Assembly (NCBI RefSeq): GCF_001194135.2
Contig: NC_068984.1
Span: 61,905,859 to 61,952,654 of the forward strand
Origin: Octopus bimaculoides
Lineage: Eukaryota
Reading direction: 5' to 3'
Length of the DNA: 46,796 nucleotides
A program made the translations under genes and the position numbers. Numbering within the stretch: position 1 is the first letter of the stretch; each line of letters starts with the position of its first letter. Under the pieces are notes generated by a model, which saw only the letters and a program-made list of their open reading frames with translations, was not told the origin of the DNA and made no database searches. Shown here piece after piece: positions 23,555 through 37,439 of this stretch.

Positions 23555-24851
23555 TGCATGAGAAAGGCACTGTTGATGTGTTAACTGAAATTTGGCCCTC
23601 GTGGATCGAATCCACGCTTTCCTGCATGAAGCCACTGCAAATACGTTGTGGAATAAAGAAATTATCTGCTGTCATTGAAAAAGGGTAACTGTAAAAATGC
23701 AGAATTATCGGGCATTAAAAAAAGTATGTATGTATAGAATTGTATGAATGAAGTCTTTAAGGTTTAAGATTCAAATCAAAAAAGTGCAATACTAATGTCT
23801 ACCAGTTCAAAACTGTGAGTAGTAAACTGCAGAATTAGGTACGCTGATCGTAAGAATCAAATATTGATCGCTTCGCAAAAAAACTGCAGGTGATATGGGT
23901 TATTTCCGTTGGTTTTTTTAAAATAAAATATTAGTTATATATAGTAGATTTAAAGATCAATTAGAGAGGCCGTATTATTGATTTTTTTCAACAATCTAAG
24001 TATGTGACGATGTCTCCTGACATGAGTTCTACTCATGTATCAAATAAAGTATAATAGTGATATTGTCTGCAAAAATTAGAAATTGGACACACAAAAAAAT
24101 CAATATTCAAAGTAATCGAAGAAAAACAATGAAATCTGTGCAATATTTCGAAATTCAATGGCCCAAATAGTTTCATGAAAAATTGTATGAACTGTAAATA
24201 AGCAATAAATATTATGATTAGTAAAATAAGTATAAGCGATAAACTGTGTGTCAACGGAATGTGGTGTGGAAGTTTGGTTTCATTTTTTAAGAATTTTAAG
24301 CATTTAAAGTATGAGTTCATTGTATTGGAACACGCTTATTAAATACGTTCTGAAATCAGAAATTTATGTACTGTCATCGAAAACGTTTAACTGAAGAAAT
24401 GCAGAATTATTGGAGATATGGGTATTGAAAGTGTATATGCATAAAGAAGGTGCAAAAATAGGGTTTAGCAGTTGAAAACTATGCGTAGAGAAATGCAGAA
24501 TTAGGTCCGCTGATCGTGAGAATTAAACATTGATAGCTTCGCTAAAAACTAACAACTGTAAATGCAGGTGCTATGGGTTATTTCTCTTGAGTGTTTTCAA
24601 AAATATAATGCAGATGCTATGGGTTATATTCCTTGAGTGTTTAAAAAAAATTGTTATTTGAGGTAGATATAAAGATTCCTTCCAGGGGCCGTACTATCGA
24701 TTTGTTTCAACAATCTAAATATGTCAAGAAGCTTCCAAACACGAGTTCTATTCACGTGTCAAGTTTCATCAAAATCTTATAAAACGATGTAGGAGGAGTT
24801 AGCTAACAACACCACAAACAAACACACCGATTTTCCACATATGTAGTAGAT
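23555..24851 (+). mobile_element. ~1.3-kb dispersed repeat, copy A (internally dimeric; non-autonomous Helitron/Helentron-like?)
   Basis: Colinear with 29615-30887 (ggatcgaatccac...; caacaatctaagtatgtgacgatgtctc; gtgtcaagtttcatcaaaatc...gatgtaggaggagttagctaacaac.ccacaaacaaacacac...tttccacatatgtagta). The repeat is directly seen; the class is inferred from the 3' layout. Confidence 0.7.
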
Positions 24852-26696
24852 CTGTGTGTGTGTGTTTGTGTATTTTTATATATGAGTGCCTTTCTGATAA
24901 TTTAAGAAAATTATCATACGTATTTATGATGCCTTTTAAGCAAGATGTAGATGTACTATTTGCAACTCAATTTGCCACCTGAAATATAGTGTTTTTGAAG
25001 AAACAAAGACTAATTTTCCTTAGCTCTATTATTTACTGCTTGTTTTTAGATTTACCTGAATTGCAAGCTTGTTCATAGTTCAATGCATCATTGCAAGCAA
25101 TTGTGCTCCCTTTCCAACGTGAATATTTGAGTAAGACTTAAAGATCAAGATTTACGATTGCTGAGAAATTATGCATACATTGTAATATATGAACTATAAT
25201 AAATATCAAATTTATGTTTTGCTTTCGTGTAAGCTAATCCTATAAACACCATTTCACTGATTGAATTCATACTGAATACATTAATTATATGGTATGGAAA
25301 TTTCCTAATGTAGTTTAAATTTTATTTTATGAGATTTCAAGGTATGTTAAATAAAATTTATACTATACGATAGATATTTTCAGATTTTGTAGAGTTATTT
25401 CGATATTTCGCTCGCATTCAATGCGGTATGAACAGACGGTATATATGATTTCTCATAAAGGATGTAATTCTGCTGGTTTAAATTCAGTTAAACAGCAATT
25501 TGAATATATAACAAATGTAGAGAAAGATATTTTCAATAACTTTTCTCTTTCCAAACATAGCTATATTTCCAGTACATCTTTCTAGACGTAATAGTGAATA
25601 ATAGATTGTTTGTCGCAAGGGGTACAGGTCATGTACCTTAATTGAACGGTCACTTCGTACATTGTGAGGTTTACACCAGACCCAAATTCATGAGCCGCGT
25701 ATGTTGAGTGAACGGGAAGAAAACCAATAATAGAAATCAGAGTATTATTTCTTGATATATTGAGTACACAAAATAACGGCGAATATTTAATATCCATAAC
25801 AAGTCTGTCGTGTTCAGCCTAGGTATTTCAATATACGTTTTCTCCAAACTTTAACAAGTTTGTATAACATCTGCATCTTTAATTACTTTCAGAAATCAGC
25901 ACATTGCAATTCACAATCTCTGAGATGTTTTTCAAATAGTTTTTGCACGACAATTATCTGGAAAGTTTTTATTAAACAATTGGCTCGGGAACAGTATTGA
26001 AATCAACCAAATATCCGTAGATTTTAAAATTAGAGATATTAATATCCGATAGCCATAAAACAAATTTTGTTGATGCTGACGAAGATAATAAATAATGTAA
26101 ATTCTAAGAGAAACAATATCGAATCTGACAACACGTCCTCTGATTTTCAGAGATAAAAATTCCGTACGAGTTCTTTCAGCTGCGGCAAACGCAGAGCAGT
26201 GTGAAATGAAATCTTATGTCTAGCTTTATTTTACTGTTCTGTGTGAGTGACAAGCAAAGATATGAAAGCTATCCCAACGTTCTTTTATGATTCATATTAA
26301 AAATAAAGATATCGAAATAATTTTCCTAGGTATACTGAAATTTTTAGTCAGAAAATTGGACGACGTTCATAGAAGGGAAAAATACTTTTGCGCATTCGAC
26401 TCTAGTATATTATGGAAGTTTAAATATGTTGAAACGAAAGACAAAAGCGTTACTAGTAAAAATAGAGCTGGTTAAGCTTAAACGTAAATGTAGTTAATCG
26501 TTTAGTCAGCACGTTCCTTATGCATATATTTATTTAATCAGTATAAACTTATGGTTCTATTGCTTTCGAACGCTGTATCAGTAATTTTCAGAATGCTAAT
26601 AATACGTATGTAGGCATGTACACATGTGTGTGCAAGCGCGTGTGTTTGTGCGTGTGTGCCTATGTGTTTCTATATATGTATGTATATATAGACATA

Positions 26697-26729
<33 letters not shown>

Positions 26730-27254
26730 NNNNNNNNNNATATATAGACATATATTTATATATATGTACATATGTATGTATATTCATATATTTACATACA
26801 CACATGTATATATGTGTGCACATGTGTATGTCGTGTAGAGTTTAATAGATAATTTAATAGAATGTGTGTTATAGTATTCCTCTCTTTTAAGTTTTAGGAG
26901 ACATTTCTAGAACAGTGTATGAAAAGAAATAGTACGAAAGCGTAATAAAGAATATGTACTTGAAAAATAAAACACGGAACAAATGAATACCAGATTTCTA
27001 TGAACTACCTGGATATCTAGACAGAAGCAAATTCATTTCATATCACGCATCTGTAATTAAATGCATATTAAGCATGCGACGAGGAAAATAATTCTATCCG
27101 CCTCCATATTTTACGCGTTCATGTACACACAAACCTGGTATAATCTTTCGTCTTGTAAGAAAAAAATTTTCTTAAAGATGTGAGTGAAGAAACGAAAAAA
27201 CAAGGAAGCAGGCTATAGATGACGTCATCGGACCGTAGGAGATATGCTTCTGCG

Positions 27255-27302
27255 CCGATACCATTTATCATCTACCGATACCATTTATCATCTACCGATA
27301 CC
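27255..27302. repeat. Perfect 20-bp tandem repeat, 2.4 copies
   Basis: ccgataccatttatcatcta twice plus ccgatacc; ccgata at 27255, 27275 and 27295. Confidence 0.95.
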
Positions 27303-28059
27303 GGGACAGCTAATTTGCTTAGCACACAATATAAGGATGTTCTTGATGATGTAAAACTCTTTGAAATTCTGCTGGTAAAATGTGCCGGAACTACAACAGA
27401 AAATTAGTGAGACCAAGAACGATATATATTCTTATAAAGAGAATGAAATATACTTCAATTAGTTATAACGTCATAATTGTGATTAGAAGCTTTATTGTTT
27501 CAAACAAATTGGAAGTGTCTTGGAGGGAAAACGAGTAAGCATAACAAATTTTATTAAATTGGCTAATTTTCATGTTTTTTGCATAGTAATGCCTTTATAT
27601 ATACAGACATACATGCATATATATGTGTGTGTGTGCGTGAATGTGTATGTGTGTGGTAGTTCGTATCAGGTTAGTACTAACTGTCGGAGAAAGAATATTT
27701 ATTACCGTGGTGTAAATTAACCATATCGTGGTCAAGTACCTTCATCCTACTGTAGGCGCAAAGATCTCCAGGCAGGTTGTAATTATACACCCACACACAC
27801 GCACATACACATATACACGCAGATCTTTATATACATTTATGTATGTATATTGAAATAACCGAAATAAGTACATCTATTGTTTAGGAAAATACTATGTACT
27901 TGTTTAAAGGTTGTATTCGATAAATTAAAAAATATATCGTTCCCGAGGATATAGAACTTAGAAGGAAATACTAATAAGGTATGTATACTAAAATCGTGAA
28001 GCCTGGTGCGTAATAACAGGTTAATTACATATGAGATAATAACAATTCAAAGTAAAAAT

Positions 28060-29143
28060 CTGTATTTGGTGTGGAGGTTTGGTTTCATTTTTTAATAATT
28101 TTAAGCATTCAAAGTATGAATTCGTTGTATTGGAGCACACTTATTAAATAAGGTCTTGAATCTAGTATCGTCGAAAAATCTTAACTGGAAAAGTGCAGAA
28201 TTATCGGAGTTATGGGCATTCAAATTGTAATGAAATTCAATTGAAAACTGTATGCAATGTCAGCATTTAGTTATTTGGAGAGTTTGAAAGCGTGTCTATT
28301 AATGTAATGTCTAAATTAATTACAGCAATATGTATATAAGTGTTTAAATAATGAATTCAAATAGACGTTCATCAAAATGTATGAACTGTAAACAAGCAAT
28401 AAATATTATTATTTGTAAAATAAGTATAACTGATACAGGGTGTTGCAAGTCAATGTGGTGTGGAAGTTTGGTTTCATTTTTTAAAGAATTTTAAGCATTC
28501 AAAGTACGAGTTCATTGTACTGGGACAAACTTATGAAATACGTTGTGGAATGAAAAAAATCATCTACTGTCATCGAAAGATTGTAACTGGAAAAATGCAG
28601 AATTATCGGAGTTATGGGCATCCAAAGTGTAATGAAATTTAATCGAAAACTCTGCATGCATTGGCAGAATTTGGTTATTTGGAGATATTGAAAAAATGTC
28701 TATTAATTTAATGTCTAAATAAATTACAGCAATGTGTAAATAACTGTTTAGATAGTGAATTAGAATAGACGAAGAATAAATGTGTGATTTAGTAAATATG
28801 AAACATAATGAATCCGAGAGAAGCATTCAAACTCTGAATTCATTGTATTGGGACACCCTTATTAAATACGTTGTGGAATCAAAAATTTATCTACTTTCAG
28901 CGAAAAATTTAAGTGGAAAATGCAGAACTGTCGGAATTATGGGCATTCAAAGTGTGATTACATTTAATTGAAAACCCTGCATGCATTACCAGCATTTAGT
29001 TATTTTGAAATGTTGCAAAGATGTTGTTTAATGCAATGTGTAAATTAATTACAACAATATGTATGTAACTCTTTAGATATTGAATTAGAATAGACGAATA
29101 ATAATTGTTTGATTAAGTAAATATCAAACATAATGAATCAGAG
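28060..29143 (+). repeat. Diverged tandem array of about 3 units (330-390 bp) sharing a module with the 1.3-kb repeat
   Basis: The ttgta(t/c)tgg...ctta(t)taaata...aa(a/g)tgcagaa(t/c)t.tcgga.ttatgggcat module starts at ~28125, ~28515 and ~28843. The same module occurs once at ~24320 and once at ~30427. Confidence 0.8.
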
Positions 29144-29614
29144 ACTTACTTGAGAATGTCGTTGTCGCATTAGAGCAGCTTGTGAAGTAGAAGCACCCAC
29201 TCGTACTCTTACTCATCGTGACATTTTAAAGGTTAACTTTATGAAGGCTAATTTATTAACGGTAATATATAAATATAGTATATATGTATATAAATATATG
29301 AATGAAGTGTTTCATGTTTAAGAATCAAATAAAAGAAAGTGCAATAATACTGTTCACACTCACAGATGGTCGTTCTCAGTAACTGCCTTTAGCTTACAGA
29401 GTTCTTGTTTTTATAACTGACGAAAAGCAGCTAGAAGGATAGACATATTGTTGAGAACACATTATTTCGTTGGAGGTCTGTTATCTCCATTCCAGCCCCT
29501 GGTGGCTTAGAAGAGGTTACAAGGGTCAAGTGGCAAAGCCATTATTCTGCTTAGCGAAGGTATCTGGCAAATGTAACTGCTGTCATTTGCAGAAAAAAAA
29601 AACTATTGTTTTAC

Positions 29615-30830
29615 CGTGAGAAAAGCGTTTTTGAAGTTTTAAGTGAAATTTGGCAATCAAGGATCGAATCCACACTATGCCTGCGTGAAGCCACAACAAA
29701 CACTTTGTAGGAGAAACATTTATCTACCGTCATGGAGAACGTTTAACTGGGAAAATGCAGACTTATCGTAGTAATAGGGATTCAAAAAAGTATGTATGTA
29801 CAGAAATGTATGAATGAAGACTTTAAGGTTTAAGATTCAAATCAAGAAGGTGCAATAATAATGTTTACCAGTTCAAAGCTGTGAGTAGTGAAATGCAGAA
29901 TAAGGTAGGCTGATCGTGAGAATCAACTGTTGATCGCTTCGCAAAAAAACTGCAGGTGGTATGGGTTATTTCCGTTGGGTTGTTTAAATAAAATATTAGT
30001 TATATGCAGTAGATATATGGATCCATTGGAGAGGCCCTATTATCGATTTTTTTCAACAATCTAAGTATGTGACGATGTCTCAAGACATGAGTTCTACTCC
30101 TGTATAAAATAAAGTATAAAAGTGATATTGTCTGCAAAAATTAGAAANNNNNNNNNNATAAAAGTGATATTGTCTGCAAAAATTAGAAATTGGACACACA
30201 AAAAAATCAATATTCAAAGTAATCGAACAAAAGCAATGAAACCTGTGAAATATTTCTAAATTCGATGGCTCAATTAGTTTCACGGAAACTTGTATGAACT
30301 GTAAATAAGCAATAAATATTATGATTAGTAAAATAAGTATAACTGATACAGGGTCTCCCAACTTAATGTGGTGTGGAAGTTTGGTTTCATTTTTAAAGAA
30401 TTTTAAGCATTTAAAGTATGAGTTCATTGTATTGGGACACACTTATTAAATACGTTGTTGAATCAAGCATTTATGAACAATCATCGAAAAAGTTGAACTG
30501 GAAAATGCAGAATTATTGGTGTTATGGGCATTGAAGTTGTACATGCATCAAGAATATGCAATAATAAGGTTTAGCAGGTGAAAACTATGAGTAGAGAAAA
30601 GCAGAATTAGGTCCGCTGATCGTGAGAATCAAATATTTATCGCTTTGCTAAAAACTAGCAACTGTAAGTGTAGGTGCTATGGGTTATATACCTTGGGTGT
30701 TTAAAAGATATTAATTACATATAAAGATTCCTTCCAGGAAGAAGTTTCCAGACATGATTACTATTCACGTGTCAAGTTTCATCAAAATCAATATAACGAT
30801 GTAGGAGGAGTTAGCTAACAACGCCACAAA

Positions 30831-30869
<39 letters not shown>

Positions 30870-30887
30870 TCCACATATGTAGTATAA
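29615..30887 (+). mobile_element. ~1.3-kb dispersed repeat, copy B, with (CA)n expanded near the 3' end
   Basis: Homologous to 23555-24851; the near-identical minus-strand ORFs 24033-24320 and 30080-30442 reflect the duplication. Confidence 0.7.
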
Positions 30888-31304
30888 ATTTGCCCTGAGT
30901 TACCTCTCTCCGTATTTCCTAATATAACGGCGAAAGAACTAGAAACACTGCGCCTGGAATTCCACATGGCAAAACAGTAGGTAGATATGTTGTTTTTACA
31001 CCTTTAACATAAGTGGGAATTTTTTCTCCACGGTAAATGCAATGAATTTGCCTTTAGAAGTTGAAATACGCCACAAGCATATTTTAACTTACATAGTTGT
31101 AATTTTATACACCCATTGTCTTCAGGAAAATGACCAACAGACAATAGTGCTTAAACTATTCAAACTGATGATTTTGTGTTTACCGCTGGACTAACCTACA
31201 TGTGGCCGCAATACGTACTTTTCACAGCGAATATACCATTGCTTATTAAAAAAAAAACTCGTAATTTTAGATAATATCCTCGTTTAACCTGACGCTACGT
31301 GCTC

Positions 31305-31349
<45 letters not shown>

Positions 31350-31445
31350 CGATACATAGGTAGGCAGATAGGTAGATACAGAGATATATACATTTATATA
31401 ATATAATTTCTCTATATACACATATGTACATTATACTTATATATG

Positions 31446-31497
<52 letters not shown>

Positions 31498-33699
31498 CAT
31501 ACATATACGTTCACATATCTGTATATATACAAACGTGTATGTGTATATGTATATATATATTCATATATATACACGCAGACACAAACACACACGCACAAAC
31601 ACACACACACATGCATATATCTGTTCGTGTATAAATGCTTCATTATATCGTAATAGTGTTCCAGAGACAAAGCAGCTAATGAGGCTACAAATTCCGTCAA
31701 TGAAACTTTTGTTTCAAGATTTATGTTCTTACAGTTTCAACTTACCCTCATCCATATCTAATCGATTTTGTACTGGCGAATGCCAGTTTTCTTAGTTCTC
31801 ATGAGATAACTATAAGTATAAGAACGCAATTTTGAAACAAAGACCAAGATGAAATATACCTTAATAAAAAATCGCTCATAAAATTACAATACGATATTTA
31901 AGTTCGCAGTTCAAAGGCTTTCAATGAGCACAGAAATTCTACAATAACTTGCGTTATATTGATGCTTGATCTCAGATATAAAGAAAGCGACCATTGCATA
32001 TCATCAATCAAATAAGATTCTATGTTATCAATCGGTTACAGTTTTCACGGCTGTTTTTGTGAAAGACAAAATCGATCAATCATTACTGTCTACAAGATTT
32101 CATATCCATAATGCATTATTTCATAGTTTTATCCATTGCCTCGCATGTAGCGTATTCTTATACTTATCTTCTAAGAAGTATGACATGAGGATATATCTTT
32201 AATACTTATCCAAAATGGCCATGAATAATATAAAATTACGCTACAGCTTCTTGAACCAATGAACGGAATCTTATAAATCACATGAACAAAAAAATACAAT
32301 ATGACATGGCTGAAATAATGTATGACTCAGATACCAATATCTTTAGTTGTTGATGCCAAAGCCATTCACTAGATTCTATTTCAGTAGACACTTCTGGAAA
32401 GAAATGTAATATTTGACAAATGATAGCCAATAGAAAGGTAGTCAACTGAAATCAGCTAGTCTCGTCTTATCGCTTGTGGAATAAAGGCATTGTATTTTGT
32501 AAGTGGTAAAATATAAGACATATTCTTGATTTTATAGTTAATGTTAGAATAAGATTTTGTTGTTCAGTAATTTCCTTGATAGAAAGTACTTTTAAGTAAT
32601 GATTTCCAGTCATAGGAAGTTATTTGAATGAAATTTGTTTGTCCTGTTCAGCATGTCAACGACTGTGCTGCAGATAAGTGAAGTTGCTTTTCTATTGGAT
32701 CCTAAGCTATTCAACATTATGTGAAACATGTTTCTTGAATATATTAAATTTTAAATGATAGAAACTGAATTTCAGTACCACTAATATATTTTTTCAAAAT
32801 CTCATTAAAATTGGTTATATAAAATGTATTGAATAAAATTAGCAAAATTTGTTCTTACGTAAAAAAACAACAGTATTTATGCTAGAACCATAAATATTTA
32901 TATGGTACAGCTAAATGTTTATTAAAACAATGAAACTATCAAACGAATTATAGACACTGTTATGTGAAACAAAATTTGTCAGTAAACGGAAATTTGATGA
33001 GCATATTGGAGCCTATATGGTATTTACATTTACATAAAATATTGTTTTTATACCACCGAAGTATGTACGACATGAACAATTTACTTTTTAAATATTTTTT
33101 GGATAATATTCAGAATATTCGTATTTAGCAATACCATATAACTAAAATAAAAAATACATAATTTGCTGTTGTTAATGATGTCACATACTTCCGATGTCTA
33201 TAGGTGATGATGTTGATTTCTAAAATTTTAAACAAGTATAGTTTTAGTTTACAATAATTACTCGCATTTAGTATGTAAAAAATATTGTTTCTAAGTACAT
33301 AGACGCACACAAACATACAAACAAACAAACACGCAGACACACGCGCATACCCATATATTTACATATATTCAAATATGAATTCATATGCATGTGGTTGAAC
33401 ATGTGTATATAAAATATATATATTACTAAAAATATATAGTCATTAGTATTCGGAATTCGAATCTCGTGTTTCAGTTAAACTAGAAGAATAATACAAATTG
33501 ATTAAAAAGAGAAAAAGCAAAATGTTCAAATTTCGAACGAAAAATGTTTTAAATTTAGAATATATATTAATATTCAATCTTGAAAAAAGCTGAAAATACC
33601 AAATGGTTTTCACAAATTTTCTAGTATGTAAACTGAATTTTTTTTGTCTGTTTTATTTACTAGTTCTCGTCTTTGCGGTCCTACTTAGACAGGGGACAT

Positions 33700-34428
33700 T
33701 GATGTCATTCATGCCCCCCGTGAACAATAAGAAGTCAACATAGATGTGAAATACGAGACTGGAGAAAAGAATTTTGGAGGGATGAGTCACAAGGAACTTT
33801 TGGAAGGCTGGAACAAAATGGGAATATCTATGAGTTAAAAGTCCTGAAAGTTTGGAGAAACGAAGGAGGATGAGATGGAAGTGGCGAGTGCGTTGATTAC
33901 GTCTGACTAGTGAGGTATCATCGGATCAGTAGCTTTATATAAGCTAGAAAAGAGGAGGAAGCGTGTCTGTTAGAGTTAGCTTCCGAGATCTTTGTTCATG
34001 AAGTCAGTGTGAGTTTCGTAATTTGTGATTACTTTGAGTAAGGTTAATGCATAATACAGCTACATGCAAATGACTGGTTGCAAGTGAGTCCTTGATGTAT
34101 GGTATTGAGAGAATGAGGTGTACTAACGAACATTAGTTATGTGAATGCTGATAGAATAAGGGACAAAAGTAGTTCTATGAAAATGCTACGATAATGATAT
34201 TTGATATAATATTGGTGATCCAAGAGACGAATAGAGAAGAGTAAAGACCTTTAGTTTGTAGTACCGTTACCGATAATAAGGTGATAGACAAAAACATTTC
34301 ATTGACTGATATAATACTGTAGGTTATTAGTGAATCTGGATTTCGATAAAATGTGCTAGTATTGTTGAAGAAGTAGAGATTCAACGTTTTTGGCAACCAT
34401 TCTTGTAAATGGCCCTCTTACAGATATC
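33700..34428 (-). mobile_element. Possible PLE 5'/terminal-repeat fragment with degenerate hammerhead-like motif
   Basis: Pyrimidine-rich minus strand preceded by CUGUAAGA-G-GGCCAUU-uacaag-AAUGGUU-gccAAAAACGUU (34378-34428). No clean protein motif. Confidence 0.3.
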
Positions 34429-34659
34429 AAAATGCAGGAAAATTCATTCGTCGAAAGCAGACTAACAAGTAGGAGTGTGATAGTCGCGTTGTATTTACAA
34501 AATTATATATGTAATACTAAGTGTAACCGAGGAATGGAGAGATGGGAAGCGAGTGCCATATTAAGAAGCTCAACTTAACTAAAATGATCATTGATATTAG
34601 CCGATTTGTAATAATATTAAAGACAATTATCGTGTACATTCCTTTCTATAAATCAAGAT

Positions 34660-35074
34660 TGTCCAATAAAATGCGAAACAACATCATGTGTCTAGTTTAG
34701 TTAACTTAAAATTTAACTAAGAACAGAGTTTAAAATACCTCAAGATAATGCAGAACTCTATATAACTGTGTATGTTAACGGCTGTATTTATAAATATAAA
34801 ATGCGTTGCTTTACGTAAACCATAAAATGAACTAATCTATAATGATTTTAAAAATTCATATTTTGCTAAACTTAGACTTATCTGCATTGTCTCTTCTATA
34901 TTTTGATATGGCAAAATCCTAGATGAGGCTTGTATACGTCATTTGTTGGTCCATAGTATAAGATTAACTGACTAAATATATACGTAATGTTGTTGATGCA
35001 ATTCTAGATTATGTAAGTATACGTGTGGACTGGTGTGTATGTGAGTATACATACTGACATAGATACATATATGC

Positions 35075-35107
<33 letters not shown>

Positions 35108-35342
35108 CATATATATNNNNNNNNNNNNNNNNNNNNNNNNNNNNNNNNNNNNNNNNNNNNNNNNNNNNNNNNNNNNNNNNNNNNNNNNNNNNNNNNNNNN
35201 NNNNNNNNNNNNNNNNNNNNNNNNNNNNNNNNNNNNNNNNNNNNNNNNNNNNNNNNNNNNNNNNNNNNNNNNNNNNNNNNNNNNNNNNNNNNNNNNNNNN
35301 NNNNNNNNNNNNNNNNNNNNNNNNNNNNNNTCTCATATATAC

Positions 35343-35380
<38 letters not shown>

Positions 35381-35640
35381 TTGTGTGTATGTATATATGT
35401 ATATATGTATATCTGATCATATATACATATATGTATATACAAACACACATATAACCAAAAGTACATACATTCATACGCAAACATATACCTACCAGCATTC
35501 ATAGATGCATAAGTCAGCATATATAGTATACTTTTTATTTAATGATAAATTATCATTTCCATCATAGGTTATATATTAGAGTAATTAATTTTAAGTTAAC
35601 TAAAGTAAACTCATGATGTTGATTACTATTTTATTGGACA
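34660..35640. repeat. 54-bp inverted repeats (34660-34713 and 35587-35640) enclosing ~870 bp
   Basis: tgtccaataaaatgcgaaacaacatcatgtgtctagtttagttaacttaaaatt versus reverse complement tgtccaataaaatagtaatcaacatcatgagtttactttagttaacttaaaatt: 47/54 identical by hand count. Confidence 0.85.
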
Positions 35641-37439
35641 CTTCCTCACTGTATTCAGGAAATTGCTTTGGCTCTACACTCACGTTTAATGCAAGGCCTA
35701 AAATGACGTACCAACATAAGAAATTTAAAAAACAATCAAGGAGACAATTCAGTATTTTAAACTTAACACCGCTGGGTAGGTAGACATTGTAGTTATTGAC
35801 GAGTGTCCATAAACAGAGGATTGTCTAAGACACTAGTTTTATATCTTACATTAGCTCGGTCTTCCTGCTTGTTGAAGGCGAATACAATTAGTATAGGCAA
35901 CGAAGCTCTCGGATTTCAGTGTATGTTGTGTGCTGCAGGATCAATTTTGAGGACTACTAAACGCGAACTCTATCATATATCCATTTAATTTCCTCTGCAT
36001 ACTAATCTATATTTATCGCTGAAGATATCTTCAAAATTTGAGGAAATGTAAATAATTCATTAAACTAAAAGATTATATGAGCTATACCACTATGTGTTTC
36101 AGTGTACAGGGGTTTCCACTTGTATTTTTAGCTCTGTGAGTGTGTGTGTACTTGCACGAAAGTGTGCGCGGAAGCTCTATTGGGGAATACTGGAAATACT
36201 TGTAGTCGATAGTGCGGTTTGATTAGATACTAAACAGAAGTTCGTTGAAATACGCTAAACATTGAGTAAAAGTATGATACGCAGCATTCGGAGGAAAATA
36301 CATGGCATCTAAATTTCAAAGTCGTTGATTTTATTATAGAAAAGGTGGTCAAGGTGCGTAAGTGCAGGAATTATAGTAAAAAAAAAAAAGAAACCATTGA
36401 TGCAATTATAGAATATTCGAAAGGTATTATGCACTCAATATTACGGCAGAAGCAGCTAAATGAAAGAAACAAAAATTAGATTCATCATTGCTGTGCCTTT
36501 CAAATGGAATCATGTGTTTCGGATTTCCCACTGAGAAGTTCTCTAATTTCAAAACTGCACTAATACCAGAATTATTAATTTTGAAATTTCAAGACATGAA
36601 CCCACATGGGAGAATACACTTTTAATAACGTTATGTTCATTTTATCATTGAACTAATTTAAACACAGGAATATTCAATAAAGCACGAATATTTTCTTTTC
36701 AGATGACAAACAATTCACTCCAACAGATATTTTTGGTTTTCCATAATCCACGTCAAAGACCCACAGCAACTTGAAATGTAAAAAAAGTAACTAAATCTTA
36801 ATTATGTTACGAACTCTAGTCCAGTAGTATTCTGAAATTTACATGCTATTATATATTGTCTTATTCCCCATTTCGTTTATTGTTCTTCCTTGCTGAAATA
36901 AAATTGAAAAAAACATGGAAATATTATACTATTTAGAAATGCCATTTTACGTTATTACAATGTTCAATCTATTCGATACAGTTGCTGTTGTTCTTGAAAA
37001 AGGTTGAGTCTCGCAGAAAATCTTTCTTCACTCAAATGAATTTCTGGCATTATGTCTAATGAGGTAATCAATATTATTAAGTATTCTTCATTAAAAAAAA
37101 AAAAAGAATTTTACGAGTGTATTCGTATAAACACAATGGATGTTATGTGTTAGTAGAATGGGTTTTCCAACAAATTAACATTAAATTGACCCGTTCAGTT
37201 ATTGTCATGTCAATATTACTGCTGTTTTGAATAAAGTTAGTATGATGAGAAATTAATTTAGATGGATTCATTCATTCGAAATTCATTATGAGTTACTAAT
37301 ATGATCAACATGATTATTGATACTGAGACACAATTTGTCGTTCTTTTCAGTATAACAGCGTTTCGAACGATGAAATGACTGGTCAACGAACTTTCCTCTT
37401 TCGATTCTTCGAAGCGTAATGGCTATATGATAACTTTGA

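Noticed and set aside
25057-25136. Possible 80-nt minus-strand exon (LLKYSRWKGSTIACNDALNYEQACNS) with CAG/GTAAAT donor
   Set aside because: Weak AAG acceptor, no recognisable homology and no partner exons; needs RNA-seq.
30116-30190. Direct repeat around a 10-N gap
   Set aside because: An identical ~32 bp on both sides of the gap is the signature of an unmerged contig overlap, i.e. an assembly artefact.
24033-30442. Two similar minus-strand ORFs (MNSYFKCLKF...) suggesting a gene pair
   Set aside because: They lie within the duplicated 1.3-kb repeat, are low-complexity hydrophobic translations of AT-rich DNA and show no recognisable domain.
37345-37425. Hammerhead-like ...GAAGA...CGAAACGCUGUU on the minus strand
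   Set aside because: The CUGA core and stem I are absent; too degenerate to call.
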